From assembly GCA_036405175.1 (NCBI GenBank), contig DASWYC010000002.1, positions 321,700 to 385,699 of the forward strand: a DNA stretch of 64,000 nucleotides, read 5' to 3'. The notes beneath the pieces are model-generated. The model was not told the DNA's origin and searched no databases. It saw only the letters and a program-made list of their open reading frames with translations. Position numbers and translations under genes: made by a program. This DNA comes from Minisyncoccota bacterium (lineage in GTDB: Bacteria; Patescibacteriota; Minisyncoccia; Phycocordibacterales; UBA1006). This document shows, in pieces, positions 30,539 through 42,786 of the stretch (within the stretch, counting starts at the first letter, position 1; the number at the start of each line of letters is the position of its first letter).

Positions 30539-30709
30539 CTAAATTTGATTGTTTTTTAGTTTTACATACTCTTCTTTAATAGCGACTACTTCATCTTCTC
30601 CAAAATTATCAATCGAATCAAAGAACTCCTGTTCTGTGATTTGATTCTCCTGTATTTTTTGAAAATATGTAGCGGCAATCTTGGCGGGGTCAATTGGATT
30701 ATCGTCCAT
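30539..30709 (-). CDS. unannotated 56-aa acidic ORF translationally coupled (3-nt spacer) to the kinase gene
   Basis: hand-translated: MDDNPIDPAKIAATYFQKIQENQITEQEFFDSIDNFGEDEVVAIKEEYVKLKNNQI; below the ORF-track length cut-off. Confidence 0.4.
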   Translation of the reverse strand: MDDNPIDPAKIAATYFQKIQENQITEQEFFDSIDNFGEDEVVAIKEEYVKLKNNQI

Positions 30710-30761
30710 AATCTATAAGGGTTTTTAAGTGAATTGATTGCTCAAATTTAGCACAAATTAA

Positions 30762-30787
30762 GAAAACGGTCAATTACGACCGTTTTC
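30762..30787 (-). terminator. rpoD terminator
   Basis: gaaaacggtc-aattac-gaccgttttc perfect 10-bp stem just downstream of rpoD stop. Confidence 0.6.
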
Positions 30788-30801
30788 TTGCGCCAAGCTT
30801 C

Positions 30802-32196
<1,395 letters not shown>

Positions 32197-32225
32197 AAAG
32201 TTAGAATAATACTGATAATATAACG

Positions 32226-33920
32226 CTATTTCGACAAATCGTCAATAAGACGTGATACGGTGGCAATTCTTTCAAGAAGGGTCCGGTCATCTGTTTTAAT
32301 AGCAATCTGCTTAAGAAGCTCTTTGCGCTCCTTTACGAGTGATTCCCGATACGCCTTTTGCACCATTTCTATAAAATATTCATGCGTGATCTCTCCCCCA
32401 AAGATAATCTGGATTTTGGTGAAATTCTGCTCATATATCTCATCTTCTGCTGGGATTTGGGTAATCAGACCTTCAATATATGGTTGATAAACCTGGGGCA
32501 GATTAGCTTGGTAGTCTGGATAGCCATAAAGACACAACTTGACCATTTCCTCGGCTCCTAGGGCATTTTTTTGCTGCTGAGGAGGCATAAATGGAGCTGG
32601 TTCAGAGTGACTACTAATCTGACGCCGCTTTTTATTAAATGTCTCAAATTCTTGATCCAAGATCTCCTTTGACACCTGGGTATGCTGAGCGAGCGAGCGC
32701 ATAAAACCTTCACGTAAGAGTGGCACATAAACCTCAATAATCGGGAAGATTTTTTTATGAAGGGTTGTGCGGACATTTTCCATATCCTGAACGTTCTGGA
32801 AGAGTTCTCCTAAAAACTCGCCCACAGAAATAGTCTTGGTTAAAATGTCTTCCATCTTGCCACCTTCAAGCAAATAATCTGCAGGGTCTTTTCCTGATGA
32901 AATACGTCCAATAGAAATATTTAGACTGTGTGGAATGAGGAGTTTTACGGCATTTTCAATTGCTTTACGTCCAGCTGCATCACTATCAAATAAAATAATT
33001 ACATTGTCAGAAAGCTGACTAATGAGTTTTGCATGAGCTTCGGTAAATGCTGTTCCCGATACTCCCACTGCTTCTGGATAACCATGCTGATGCATCATAA
33101 TCACATCCAGCTGACCTTCTACTAAGATCACTCTTCCTTTTTTAACAATCTCACGCTGAGCAAATTCAATACCATACAGGACGCGCTGTTTTTGATAGAG
33201 CGGCGTCTCGCGAGTGTTCACGTACTTTCCTACTTTATCTGCATCAGTAGTTGATCCGTGTAATGGAAAGATGCGTCCGGTAAATCCGATGATTTCATTT
33301 CTCCGATCACGAATGGGAAACATAATACGCTCACGGAAGGTGTCATAATATGAACCCCGATCATTTTTATTAATCACACCAGCCTCAACTGCTTTATTTA
33401 AATCAACTTTTTTTGCAATCAATTCGTTAGCTAATTGATTGATTTGATTTGCTGTATATCCAATTCTAAATTTTTCAATTGACTCTTTTGTTAGTCCACG
33501 TTTTTTAGTAAGGTAGTCAATCGCTTGTGGAGTTTTATTTAAATTGCGTTCATAGATTTTAGTACTAAACTCCAAAATCTTTTTATACATTTCTGTTTCA
33601 TCTTTTCCGCGAAAGTTTTCATCCTTCCCGCCAAACTCAACAGTAATGCCAACTTGTGTTGCAAAATCTTTTACCGCATCAACAAATGATAGTCCTTCAA
33701 TTTCTTGAATGAATGAAATCACATCGCCACTTTTAGCGCAGCCAAAACAGTGATAGCGCCCTCGGTCAGGAGTTACGTAAAAGGAAGGCGTCCGCTCGCT
33801 ATGGAACGGACACCTCCCCCGTAAGTTACGGCCCGATTTCTCGAGCGCAACATACTTAGCTACAACATCTTCGATGGCAATCTTTTCTTTTATCACAGAG
33901 AGTGCATCGCGGATATTCAT
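32226..33920 (-). CDS. dnaG: DNA primase DnaG
   Basis: CHC2 zinc finger ([13 protein letters not shown]...[10 protein letters not shown]), TOPRIM ([11 protein letters not shown]...DSDAAG). Confidence 0.9.
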   Translation of the reverse strand: MNIRDALSVIKEKIAIEDVVAKYVALEKSGRNLRGRCPFHSERTPSFYVTPDRGRYHCFGCAKSGDVISFIQEIEGLSFVDAVKDFATQVGITVEFGGKDENFRGKDETEMYKKILEFSTKIYERNLNKTPQAIDYLTKKRGLTKESIEKFRIGYTANQINQLANELIAKKVDLNKAVEAGVINKNDRGSYYDTFRERIMFPIRDRRNEIIGFTGRIFPLHGSTTDADKVGKYVNTRETPLYQKQRVLYGIEFAQREIVKKGRVILVEGQLDVIMMHQHGYPEAVGVSGTAFTEAHAKLISQLSDNVIILFDSDAAGRKAIENAVKLLIPHSLNISIGRISSGKDPADYLLEGGKMEDILTKTISVGEFLGELFQNVQDMENVRTTLHKKIFPIIEVYVPLLREGFMRSLAQHTQVSKEILDQEFETFNKKRRQISSHSEPAPFMPPQQQKNALGAEEMVKLCLYGYPDYQANLPQVYQPYIEGLITQIPAEDEIYEQNFTKIQIIFGGEITHEYFIEMVQKAYRESLVKERKELLKQIAIKTDDRTLLERIATVSRLIDDLSK

Positions 33921-33932
33921 ATGGTTATCATC

Positions 33933-36900
33933 TTACATCTGGCTGGTTTCTTCGTCAAAAATTTCTTCTTGATCAAGACCCATGTCAATAAAGTCATCAG
34001 CAAATCCGGTTCCTGCTGGAATAAGATTTCCAACAATAACGTTTTCCTTGAGACCACGAAGGAGATCTGAGTCACCACGGATCGCATTAGAAATGATCAT
34101 ACGAGGTGTGTGCTGGAATGACGCTGCGGCCAACCAAGACTTAGTGGTATGCACAACTTCTGAGATTCCCATGAGCACAGTCTTTCCTTCTGCTGGCTTA
34201 CCGCCCAACTTTTCAGTACGCATGTTCTCAAGATTAAGATCAAGAAGTTCCACAACTTCTCCTGAGGTAAAGCGAGTATCTCCCTGATCAACAATCTTAC
34301 GGCGTGCAAACATCTGACGAATAATAAGTTCAAGATGTTTTGCTGCTACTGATGCTGAGTTGAGTTCGTATACGCGGCGGATTTCTGAAAGGATGTAATT
34401 TTCTGTTACTTCTCGTCCAGCGTGTTCCATAAGATCCTGAAGATCGGCAGAACCGTCGGTAAGGATTTGTCCTTTTTCTACGCGTGATCCAATCTTGAAT
34501 TTTGGAAGGATTACACGGCGAGCATCAACTTTCAACATTACCATTCCTGATTTCTTACCACCCTTTGGTGAATCTGGAGCAACTTCGATTACGGTCATCT
34601 GATCTGCATCTTGAGTAATGCTCATGATTTCTCCATCAGTTGGACACACAACAGCTGGTGCTTTTACCGCACGGCGCTCAAAGATTTCTTCAACACGAGG
34701 AAGTCCCTGTGTAATATCGCGTCCTGCAACTCCTCCTGAGTGGAAGGTTCGAAGGGTAAGCTGTGTTCCTGGTTCTCCAATCGCTTGTGACGCAATCGTT
34801 CCTACCGCTTCTCCCACTTTTACTAAGTGGTTGCGTCCAAGGTCGATTCCGTAACACTTCTGACAAATTCCGTAGAGTGATTCGCAGCGAAGTGGTGACT
34901 TAACAGCAACTTCTTTTACGCCAGCTTTTTCAATTTCATCAGCAACATATTTAGTGATGAGTTCATTCTTTTTAACAAGAACTTTTCCTGCTTCATCTTT
35001 AACATCTTGAGCCGCAACGCGTCCCCAAATGTTTGCCGCAAGAGAAATTACCAATCCATCAATATTGTCTTCCTTGGCAAGAATAAATTTCTTGGTGCCA
35101 CAATCTTCTTCACGAATGATCACATCGTGTGCAACGTCATGAAGACGACGGGTAAGGTATCCTGCCTTTGCGGTGTTAAGCGCAGTATCGGCGAGTCCTT
35201 TACGTGCTGTTGTGGTGTTGATGAAGTACTCAAATGGGGTATACCCTTCAATGTATGAAGACGTAATTGGGAATTCAAGAATTTGTCCGGTTGCGTTTTG
35301 AATTGCCCCCTTCATTCCTGATGCCTGGTTGAGGTTTTCCATGTTTCCACGAGCTCCAGACTTAATGATGTCTGAAATTGATTCGGTTTGAGAAAGAATT
35401 CCAGCAAGCGTCTTTTCAACATCCGCCTTAGCTTTTTCCCACGTTTGAATTACCTTCAAGTAGCGTTCGCGATCAGAAATAAATCCTTCTGCAAACTCTT
35501 CGTGAATTTTTACAATTTCCTTGCGAGCTTCTTCAATGATTTCATGCTTTTGTTCTGGAACCGGAACATCACTAAATCCGAAAGTGGTTCCTGAAAGTGT
35601 CATGTACTTAAATCCAAAGTTCTTCATTGCATCAAGAATCTTAGAAGTTTCATCTACTCCGTAGTTGTTGATCATATCGGTCACAAGACGTGAAAGATCT
35701 TTCTTCTTAAGTTCTTTGTTGATGAATGGATTCTCGCTTGGCAACATTGAGTTGAACAAAAGGCGTCCAACCGTAGTTTTGAATGGCTTTCCTTCAAATT
35801 CAGCATACTTTTTCTTTTGTGTTCCCATCACATAAATTTCTGCGCGGAAATCAAGTACACCGTAATCGTACGCAAGAATTGCTTCGTTAGGAGATGAGAA
35901 TGACTTTCCTTCTCCGCGAGCTCCCGGTACTGATTTGGTCATCCAGTAACATCCAAGCACAATATCCTGTGCAGGTGTTGCAATAGGTTCTCCGGTTGCA
36001 GGTTTAAGAATGTTCTTGTTTGCAGCCATCAAAAGACGAGCTTCTGCTTGTGCTTCAAGAGACAAAGGAACATGAACCGCCATCTGGTCTCCATCGAAGT
36101 CCGCGTTAAACGCTGAACATACCAATGGATGAACTTGGATTGCTTTTCCTTCAATAAGCATCGGCTTGAACGCCTGGATTGAAAGACGGTGAAGTGTTGG
36201 CGCACGGTTCAAAAGAACGTACTTTCCAGCAATTACCTTTTCAAGCATTTCCCAAACTTCCGCTGATCCTTCTTCAATAAACTTACTTGCTCCACGGATG
36301 TTAAATGCAAGTCCACGCTTAATAACTTCTGCAATCACAAACGGACGGAAAAGTTCAAGCGCCATGTATTTTGGAAGTCCACATTCATCAATATTAAGAC
36401 GAGGTCCAACCACAATTACTGAACGTCCAGAATAATCTACACGCTTTCCAAGAAGGTTTTGGCGGAAGATTCCCTGCTTTCCTTTAAGATGATCAGAAAG
36501 TGATTTAAGACTGCGGCGTTGTCCCATAGACATTGCCTGGGTTCCGTTTGATTTCTTGATTGAGTTATCAAAGAGTGCGTCGATAGCTTCCTGAAGAATA
36601 CGTTTTTCGTTGCGCAAAATAACATCCGGTGCTGGAATTTCAATCAATTTCTTAAGACGGTTGTTGCGGTTGATAACACGACGATAGAGATCGTTAATAT
36701 CTGATGTTGCATGACGGTTTCCTTCAAGCGCAACCATTGGGCGAAGTGCTGGAGGAATAACAGGAAGCACGGTCACAAACATCCACTCTGGACGTGAGTT
36801 AGTGCGGATCAAAGAACGGATCAAAGAAATGCGCTTTTCAATCTTTGCCTTATTGGCGAGTACTTCTGTTTTATCAAGAGACTCAACCACTTCTGCTTCA

Positions 36901-37589
36901 AGTTGAAGAAGGTCAATATTTTTGAAGATATCATATACCGCTTCTGCTCCGGTTGCTGCTTCAAATACGGTACTAAACTTCAATGAGTATACCTTGTATT
37001 GTGCCTCATTAAGCACCATAAACTTTTGAATAGAAGCAACTTCTGATTTAATTTCTGCAAGACGCTTGCGGAGCTTATCTTTCTCGGCTTCGTCAGTAAG
37101 TGACCCTACGCGAGACTTAAATTCTGCATCAATGTCTTTAAGAACACGTCCACGTTCTTCTTCATCAACTGATTTAACAATGTATCCTGCAAAGTAGATT
37201 ACACTTTCAAGTTTTTGTGCAGGTACGCCAAGAAGCGATGCCATGCGTGATGGAATTCCGCGAAGGAACCAAATGTGTGCAACAGGCGACGCAAGTTCAA
37301 TGTGCCCCATACGTTCACGACGAACGATAGAACGAGTAACTTCAACGCCACATTTATCACACACGACACCGTTGTAGCGGATACGCTTGTATTTTCCACA
37401 ATAACATTCGTAATCTTTTTCTGGCCCAAACACGCGCTCATCAAAGAGTCCGCCGCGTTCGCTGCGTCCAGTACGATAGTTAATCGTTTCTGGCTTTTGA
37501 ATTTCTCCATGTGACCATGAACGGATGGTATCTGGCGATGAAAGTCGCAATCCAACCGAGGTATCAAAGTGTTCGTGAGTAGTATGCAT
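33933..37589 (-). CDS. rpoC: DNA-directed RNA polymerase subunit beta'
   Basis: NADFDGD catalytic motif, zinc-binding CxxC N-term, 1218 aa. Confidence 0.95.
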   Translation of the reverse strand: MHTTHEHFDTSVGLRLSSPDTIRSWSHGEIQKPETINYRTGRSERGGLFDERVFGPEKDYECYCGKYKRIRYNGVVCDKCGVEVTRSIVRRERMGHIELASPVAHIWFLRGIPSRMASLLGVPAQKLESVIYFAGYIVKSVDEEERGRVLKDIDAEFKSRVGSLTDEAEKDKLRKRLAEIKSEVASIQKFMVLNEAQYKVYSLKFSTVFEAATGAEAVYDIFKNIDLLQLEAEVVESLDKTEVLANKAKIEKRISLIRSLIRTNSRPEWMFVTVLPVIPPALRPMVALEGNRHATSDINDLYRRVINRNNRLKKLIEIPAPDVILRNEKRILQEAIDALFDNSIKKSNGTQAMSMGQRRSLKSLSDHLKGKQGIFRQNLLGKRVDYSGRSVIVVGPRLNIDECGLPKYMALELFRPFVIAEVIKRGLAFNIRGASKFIEEGSAEVWEMLEKVIAGKYVLLNRAPTLHRLSIQAFKPMLIEGKAIQVHPLVCSAFNADFDGDQMAVHVPLSLEAQAEARLLMAANKNILKPATGEPIATPAQDIVLGCYWMTKSVPGARGEGKSFSSPNEAILAYDYGVLDFRAEIYVMGTQKKKYAEFEGKPFKTTVGRLLFNSMLPSENPFINKELKKKDLSRLVTDMINNYGVDETSKILDAMKNFGFKYMTLSGTTFGFSDVPVPEQKHEIIEEARKEIVKIHEEFAEGFISDRERYLKVIQTWEKAKADVEKTLAGILSQTESISDIIKSGARGNMENLNQASGMKGAIQNATGQILEFPITSSYIEGYTPFEYFINTTTARKGLADTALNTAKAGYLTRRLHDVAHDVIIREEDCGTKKFILAKEDNIDGLVISLAANIWGRVAAQDVKDEAGKVLVKKNELITKYVADEIEKAGVKEVAVKSPLRCESLYGICQKCYGIDLGRNHLVKVGEAVGTIASQAIGEPGTQLTLRTFHSGGVAGRDITQGLPRVEEIFERRAVKAPAVVCPTDGEIMSITQDADQMTVIEVAPDSPKGGKKSGMVMLKVDARRVILPKFKIGSRVEKGQILTDGSADLQDLMEHAGREVTENYILSEIRRVYELNSASVAAKHLELIIRQMFARRKIVDQGDTRFTSGEVVELLDLNLENMRTEKLGGKPAEGKTVLMGISEVVHTTKSWLAAASFQHTPRMIISNAIRGDSDLLRGLKENVIVGNLIPAGTGFADDFIDMGLDQEEIFDEETSQM

Positions 37590-37607
37590 ATAGATGAGTG
37601 CTAATGA

Positions 37608-40600
37608 TTAAGCAATAATATCGAGGCTTGTATCGACGTTAGTAAGCGCATCAAGTTCGCCAATCGGTGGCAAATCCTCACGGTAGAAGTCATCAATTTC
37701 ATTTGTGGTATCAAAGGTTCCGCTTTCTGCTTCAAGAAGTTCAGTCAAATTATCATCACGTTTAATCGTGTGCAAGTGAACATCAAGTGCAAGTCCACGA
37801 AGGTAGTTAAGCAATACATGGAATGATGCAGGGCGAGCTGAAACTTTTACGTTATCTCCCTTAATGATTGAATCAAAGGCAGCTGAACGTCCAACAATAT
37901 CATCAGACTTAACGGTCAACATTTCACGCAATACGTGTGCCGCTCCATATCCTTCAAGTGCCCACACCTCCATTTCTCCAAAGCGCTGTCCTCCAAATTG
38001 AGATTTTCCAGAAAGAGGCTGCTGGGTAATGAGTGAGTATGGTCCAATTGAACGGGCGTGCATTTTGTCATCAACCATGTGGTGAAGACGAAGCATATAC
38101 ATGTATCCAACTGAAACATCTTGTTGGAACTTTTCTCCGGTGCGTCCGTCAAAGAGTTTAACTTTTCCGGTTTTATCAAATCCTCCCTTTTCAAGTTCGG
38201 TTTCAATTTCTGCACGTGTTGCTCCCATGAATGGAGGAACAATTGCCTGGTAATCAAGTGAGTTTGCTGCAAGTCCAAGGTGAAGTTCAAGAATCTGTCC
38301 GAGGTTCATACGACTTGGTACTCCAAGTGGTGTAAGAACAATATCAACAGGAGTTCCGTCTGCGGTGTATGGCATATCTTCTTCTGGAAGAATAACCGAG
38401 ATAACACCTTTGTTTCCGTGACGTCCTGCAAGTTTATCTCCCACGGCAACTGGGCGTACGTGTGCAACTTCAACAAAGATCTTTTTAATAACACCTGATT
38501 CAAGCTGGTGTCCTTGTTCGCGCGAAAATACTTTCACACTTACAACACGACCACGTTTTCCGTGTCCAAGGCGAAGTGACGTATCTTTAACATCGCGTGC
38601 TTTTTCTCCAAAGATTGATCGAAGAAGACGCTCTTCTGGAGTAAGTTCGGTTTCACCCTTTGGTGTAATCTTTCCAACCAAAATATCTCCTTCGCGAACA
38701 TCTGCTCCTACGCGAACAATTCCTTCTTCATCAAGATTCTTAAGCTTAGCTTCTCCAACGTTAGGAATATCAGGCGTCATTTGCTCAGCACCAAGTTTGG
38801 TATCGCGAACAACACATTCATATTCTTCAATGCGAACGGTTGAGAATTTATTATTCTTAACGAGTCTTTCAGATACCACAATCGCATCCTCATAGGTGTT
38901 TCCACGCCATGCCATAAATGCAACAAAGATGTTCTGTCCGATTGCCAATTCTCCATTTACGGTTGTTGGACAGTCAGCAATAATATCTCCGGCTTTAACG
39001 GTTTGACCAAGTGAAACAGAAGGACGTTGGTGATACACGGAGTCATTATTAGTACGTGCATATCCCATCAATTCGTATGAACGAATCTTTCCATTTTCTT
39101 GCTTGATAGAAATAGCTTTTCCATCAACATGGCAAATTGTTCCATCAACATCAGCAACCACCACACGTCCCGTGTAGCGCGCTGCCTGAATTTCCATTCC
39201 TGTTGCAACAATAGGAGCTTCTGGAACCAAACAAGGAGTCGCCTGTTTCTGCATGTTAGAACCCATGAGTGCGCGGTTTGCTGCATCTGAGTCCATAAAT
39301 GGAATCAAGTTCGTTGCCAATGAGAACATTTGGTTTGAAGACACATCAATATATTGAACATCCTGTTTTGGCACAAAGGTTGGCATCCCAAATTTGCGCA
39401 CTTCAACAAGATCCTGAGTAATGTTCATTTTGTCATCAAACGGCGTAAGAGAGTGAGCAATATTGCTACGCTCTTCTTCTGCAGCCGTCATATATACTAC
39501 CTCCTTGGTAATTTTTCCATCCTTAACTTTTACATAAGGAGTTTCAATCATTCCAAACTCGTTGATCTTTGCGTAGATTGCAATAGAAAGCACAAGTCCA
39601 ATGTTTGGACCTTCTGGGGTATGAATAGGACAAATACGTCCATAGTGTGAAGGATGAACGTCACGCACTTCAAAGCCGGCGCGTTCACGAGTGAGTCCTC
39701 CCGGTCCAAGCGCAGACAAGCGGCGCAAGTGCTCAATTTCTGTAAGCGCATTTTCCTGGTCCATGAATTGAGACAGCTGGTTGGTTGCAAAGAATTCACG
39801 AATACGTGCCTGAAGCGGACGCTGGTTAATAAGCACAATAGGAAGGGTCGTTTCTGCATCAATCGTAGACATTTTGTCTTGAATGTTGCGCTTCATCTGC
39901 ATCATTCCTTTACGTACCGATTGTTCAAGAAGTTCACCAACGTAGCGAACACGGCGCATTCCCAAGTGGTCAATATCGTCAGCCTTTGCTCCCGAAACAG
40001 CCATCATTTCTCCAATGTGGTTGATGATTGTTGCAATATCCTGTGCATCAACAACGCGCTTCTCAAGATCTTTTGATCCGAGCGGCAAATCAAAACGTTT
40101 ATTAAACTGGAAGCGTCCTACATCAGAAATATCGTAACGCTCAGCACTAAACATAGACATCACAAATTCGCGAGCTTGTTCTGGAGTTGCAAGATCACCG
40201 TCACGAAGACGCTTGTGAATTTCGATGAATGCTTCATCGGTTGTAGTGGTTGGATCTTTTGCAAGTGAGGTTGCCGCAATTTTCATTGCGTTTTCGTTTG
40301 TCAAAAGCGCCATGATTTTTTCTTTGGTTTCTGCTCCAAATACTTTAAAGAGTACTGATACTGGGAACTTACGCTTCTTATCTACGCGTACATACATTCC
40401 TCCATCTGGCTCAACATCAAGCTCAACCCATACTCCACGTGATGGAATGATTTTAGCACCATAAAACACACCTTTTTTGGTGTCATTTTGGGTAAAGTAA
40501 ATACCATATGAGCGTGCAAGCTGTGGTACCACAACACGTTCTACTCCGTTAATAATGAAGGTTCCGTGTTCGGTCATGATTGGAACTTCGGTAAGAGTAA

Positions 40601-40919
40601 TTTCTTGCTCTTGTTCGGTTCCGAGAATTTTATTCTTGAGAACAAATGAGGTTTTAATATTTGCCTCGTAGGTTAATTTATTCTCTTTTGCATAGTATTC
40701 ATCTTGATCTGGATATTCAATTCTAAAATCTGAAATCGTGAGATCAAATTTCTTACCTGCGTAATCTGAAATTGGAGCGTACCCTTTAATAACTGATTCA
40801 AAACTTTTCGTAAGAAACTTACGATATGATTCCACTTGGTTCTCTACCAAGTTTGGAACCGGAAGGAATGATTCCTTGTAGCGTGAAAAATATTTCTTAG
40901 GACGGACGTTACTTTGCAT
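37608..40919 (-). CDS. rpoB: DNA-directed RNA polymerase subunit beta
   Basis: 1103 aa, conserved rif-region and C-terminal motifs. Confidence 0.95.
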   Translation of the reverse strand: MQSNVRPKKYFSRYKESFLPVPNLVENQVESYRKFLTKSFESVIKGYAPISDYAGKKFDLTISDFRIEYPDQDEYYAKENKLTYEANIKTSFVLKNKILGTEQEQEITLTEVPIMTEHGTFIINGVERVVVPQLARSYGIYFTQNDTKKGVFYGAKIIPSRGVWVELDVEPDGGMYVRVDKKRKFPVSVLFKVFGAETKEKIMALLTNENAMKIAATSLAKDPTTTTDEAFIEIHKRLRDGDLATPEQAREFVMSMFSAERYDISDVGRFQFNKRFDLPLGSKDLEKRVVDAQDIATIINHIGEMMAVSGAKADDIDHLGMRRVRYVGELLEQSVRKGMMQMKRNIQDKMSTIDAETTLPIVLINQRPLQARIREFFATNQLSQFMDQENALTEIEHLRRLSALGPGGLTRERAGFEVRDVHPSHYGRICPIHTPEGPNIGLVLSIAIYAKINEFGMIETPYVKVKDGKITKEVVYMTAAEEERSNIAHSLTPFDDKMNITQDLVEVRKFGMPTFVPKQDVQYIDVSSNQMFSLATNLIPFMDSDAANRALMGSNMQKQATPCLVPEAPIVATGMEIQAARYTGRVVVADVDGTICHVDGKAISIKQENGKIRSYELMGYARTNNDSVYHQRPSVSLGQTVKAGDIIADCPTTVNGELAIGQNIFVAFMAWRGNTYEDAIVVSERLVKNNKFSTVRIEEYECVVRDTKLGAEQMTPDIPNVGEAKLKNLDEEGIVRVGADVREGDILVGKITPKGETELTPEERLLRSIFGEKARDVKDTSLRLGHGKRGRVVSVKVFSREQGHQLESGVIKKIFVEVAHVRPVAVGDKLAGRHGNKGVISVILPEEDMPYTADGTPVDIVLTPLGVPSRMNLGQILELHLGLAANSLDYQAIVPPFMGATRAEIETELEKGGFDKTGKVKLFDGRTGEKFQQDVSVGYMYMLRLHHMVDDKMHARSIGPYSLITQQPLSGKSQFGGQRFGEMEVWALEGYGAAHVLREMLTVKSDDIVGRSAAFDSIIKGDNVKVSARPASFHVLLNYLRGLALDVHLHTIKRDDNLTELLEAESGTFDTTNEIDDFYREDLPPIGELDALTNVDTSLDIIA

Positions 40920-41179
40920 AGTTAAAAACTACAAAAAATTATGATGACGACGTGCCGAAACGTTAGTAATAGGTATCACGAGCATTACTCAATCGTGGGT
41001 TGTGATAGACGCAAGCATAGCACATTTCTTAAGAAAAACAAGGGATTTATGGGTAAAGTTGGGGAAAACTCTTACCTTAACCACCCCTTCTCTCCAACCT
41101 ATACATTTTCTTACTTTCATGGTAAATTTGAGAAAATTATTTTTTAAAATTATTCATTTAAAACTCAAAATAAAAACTA

Positions 41180-42730
41180 ATGGAAACAGAAGAAAAAGTA
41201 CTCTTTGAGATTACCTGCGATGGCAAACTTATTGAAGATTCTTATTTTGAAGGCGCTGACGCGACACTTATGATGTCACTAGCGCTCAACGAAGAACTCA
41301 TGAATACTTGCCTGGAAAAGGACGTTATACCCAAATTTGCTTTGGTTTTGGCAATACCTATTGATAAAGTGGATACAGATGATAAAAGCTACTATAGCTA
41401 CGAAGATTCTCGCTTCATATATAGGGTTGATAGAATGCCTTTTGTTTTAAATGTAACTAAGACAGGGGTTCACCGCGTTATCATTTGCCTATTCTCCGAT
41501 AAAACTACACTTGGAAGCTTAAGAGCTCTGTACTTGAAAGAGGGTGAATACAATAAATATCACTATTCAGTTACAAAACACATTCTTGAAACTCATCCTT
41601 TTGCCGTAGCCTATCGAGAATTCGACTTTGTCGTACCACAGGATGCCTTGGCTAAAAAACCTCAGGAAAACCCTATTGCAAAGTTCTTCTTTAAATGGGT
41701 TAACGAATGGATGAAATTACCCTACGATGAATGTCAATATCGTCGTCGAGCACTGTGGGTTACTCCGCTTAAATTTACATTAGTGGAGGTGCCGCTTTTT
41801 ACCCTACGGATAATATTTACGCTGTTTCTATTTAGCATGAATGCTCTCTATAAAACCATATCGCTGATTTTTGGATTTCAGCACGATCGTCTTCTTAAAG
41901 GTATTCAGGTCTTGCATCCTTTATTTATCCTACGACGCTCAGGGTTTAGTGAGATATTTGAACTTTCAGAAACATTCGGCATATTCCGCAATAATGAGTC
42001 CTACGGCCACCGCATATTTAAGTTTGGAGACAAGACGGTTATGTTTTGGTTTTCACCTATCGGATTAGCAATAAGCCTTGCGCTGTTCAAGCTCGCAGTT
42101 GAGGCTTGGAATCCTTCAGATATATCCTCAATGCTATTTAGATTCGGAATACTGGGCAATATAATCTTCTGCATACTTCTCCATCAAATAGCACAGACGA
42201 TCTTTAGGCGGAGAAGTTCTGATTTTAGAAAAGCAATGTCAGAAAACTTTTTAGTGGGCTGCATACTCATAATAGTAGTAAGCTTACTTATAATTGGCGG
42301 CATAGCTTCGAAGAACTTTGTGACAACACTTCCAACCCCAACAAGAAATAATCTTTTTTCGGGATTAATGACATTTGTAGGTTGCGTTGTTATTGCAGGG
42401 CTCATATATAGATATAGAGGCTTTTTGGGAATCCAACTTGGAACTATTGCTAAAAAAGCATCTAGCTTATTTAAAAAATCTCCAAAAGAAATGTCGATTA
42501 ACGAGGCACCCATATTGAATAAAAAGAATAGTGGGAAGTTTCAGAAAAGTGAGAGCGTATCATATAATTTACTTTCTCAAAAAGAAAGTCGCAGATTAGT
42601 ACTACAATCTCTTGCAGGAGCTCCCGCAATTACCAATAAAAATACATCGGGTATTAGAAAGCTACTCTCTGATTTTAAGGTCTTCTTTGTACAAACAAAG
42701 CGCACTGTATGTAAACCATACGAGCGTTAA
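41180..42730 (+). CDS. hypothetical polytopic membrane protein (about 200-aa soluble N-domain + about 7 TM)
   Basis: 516-aa intact ORF, AT-rich, no recognisable motif; inserted between rpoB and gyrA. Confidence 0.5.
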   Translation: METEEKVLFEITCDGKLIEDSYFEGADATLMMSLALNEELMNTCLEKDVIPKFALVLAIPIDKVDTDDKSYYSYEDSRFIYRVDRMPFVLNVTKTGVHRVIICLFSDKTTLGSLRALYLKEGEYNKYHYSVTKHILETHPFAVAYREFDFVVPQDALAKKPQENPIAKFFFKWVNEWMKLPYDECQYRRRALWVTPLKFTLVEVPLFTLRIIFTLFLFSMNALYKTISLIFGFQHDRLLKGIQVLHPLFILRRSGFSEIFELSETFGIFRNNESYGHRIFKFGDKTVMFWFSPIGLAISLALFKLAVEAWNPSDISSMLFRFGILGNIIFCILLHQIAQTIFRRRSSDFRKAMSENFLVGCILIIVVSLLIIGGIASKNFVTTLPTPTRNNLFSGLMTFVGCVVIAGLIYRYRGFLGIQLGTIAKKASSLFKKSPKEMSINEAPILNKKNSGKFQKSESVSYNLLSQKESRRLVLQSLAGAPAITNKNTSGIRKLLSDFKVFFVQTKRTVCKPYER

Positions 42731-42786
42731 TATTAAAAAGTTGAGGTACTAAAAATCCAACACGTTATAGTGTTGGATTTTTTGTG

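Noticed and set aside
28774-30800. Calling the tRNA-Thr-adjacent AT-rich segment a bona fide integrated mobile element
   Set aside because: I found no integrase, recombinase or transposase gene, and no direct repeat of the tRNA 3' end. It is kept as an accessory-region finding, not annotated as a mobile_element.
33982-40464. Numerous 60-140-aa ORFs overlapping rpoB and rpoC on both strands
   Set aside because: They are embedded in long, well-conserved RNAP subunit genes. They are alternative-frame or antisense translations with no independent support.
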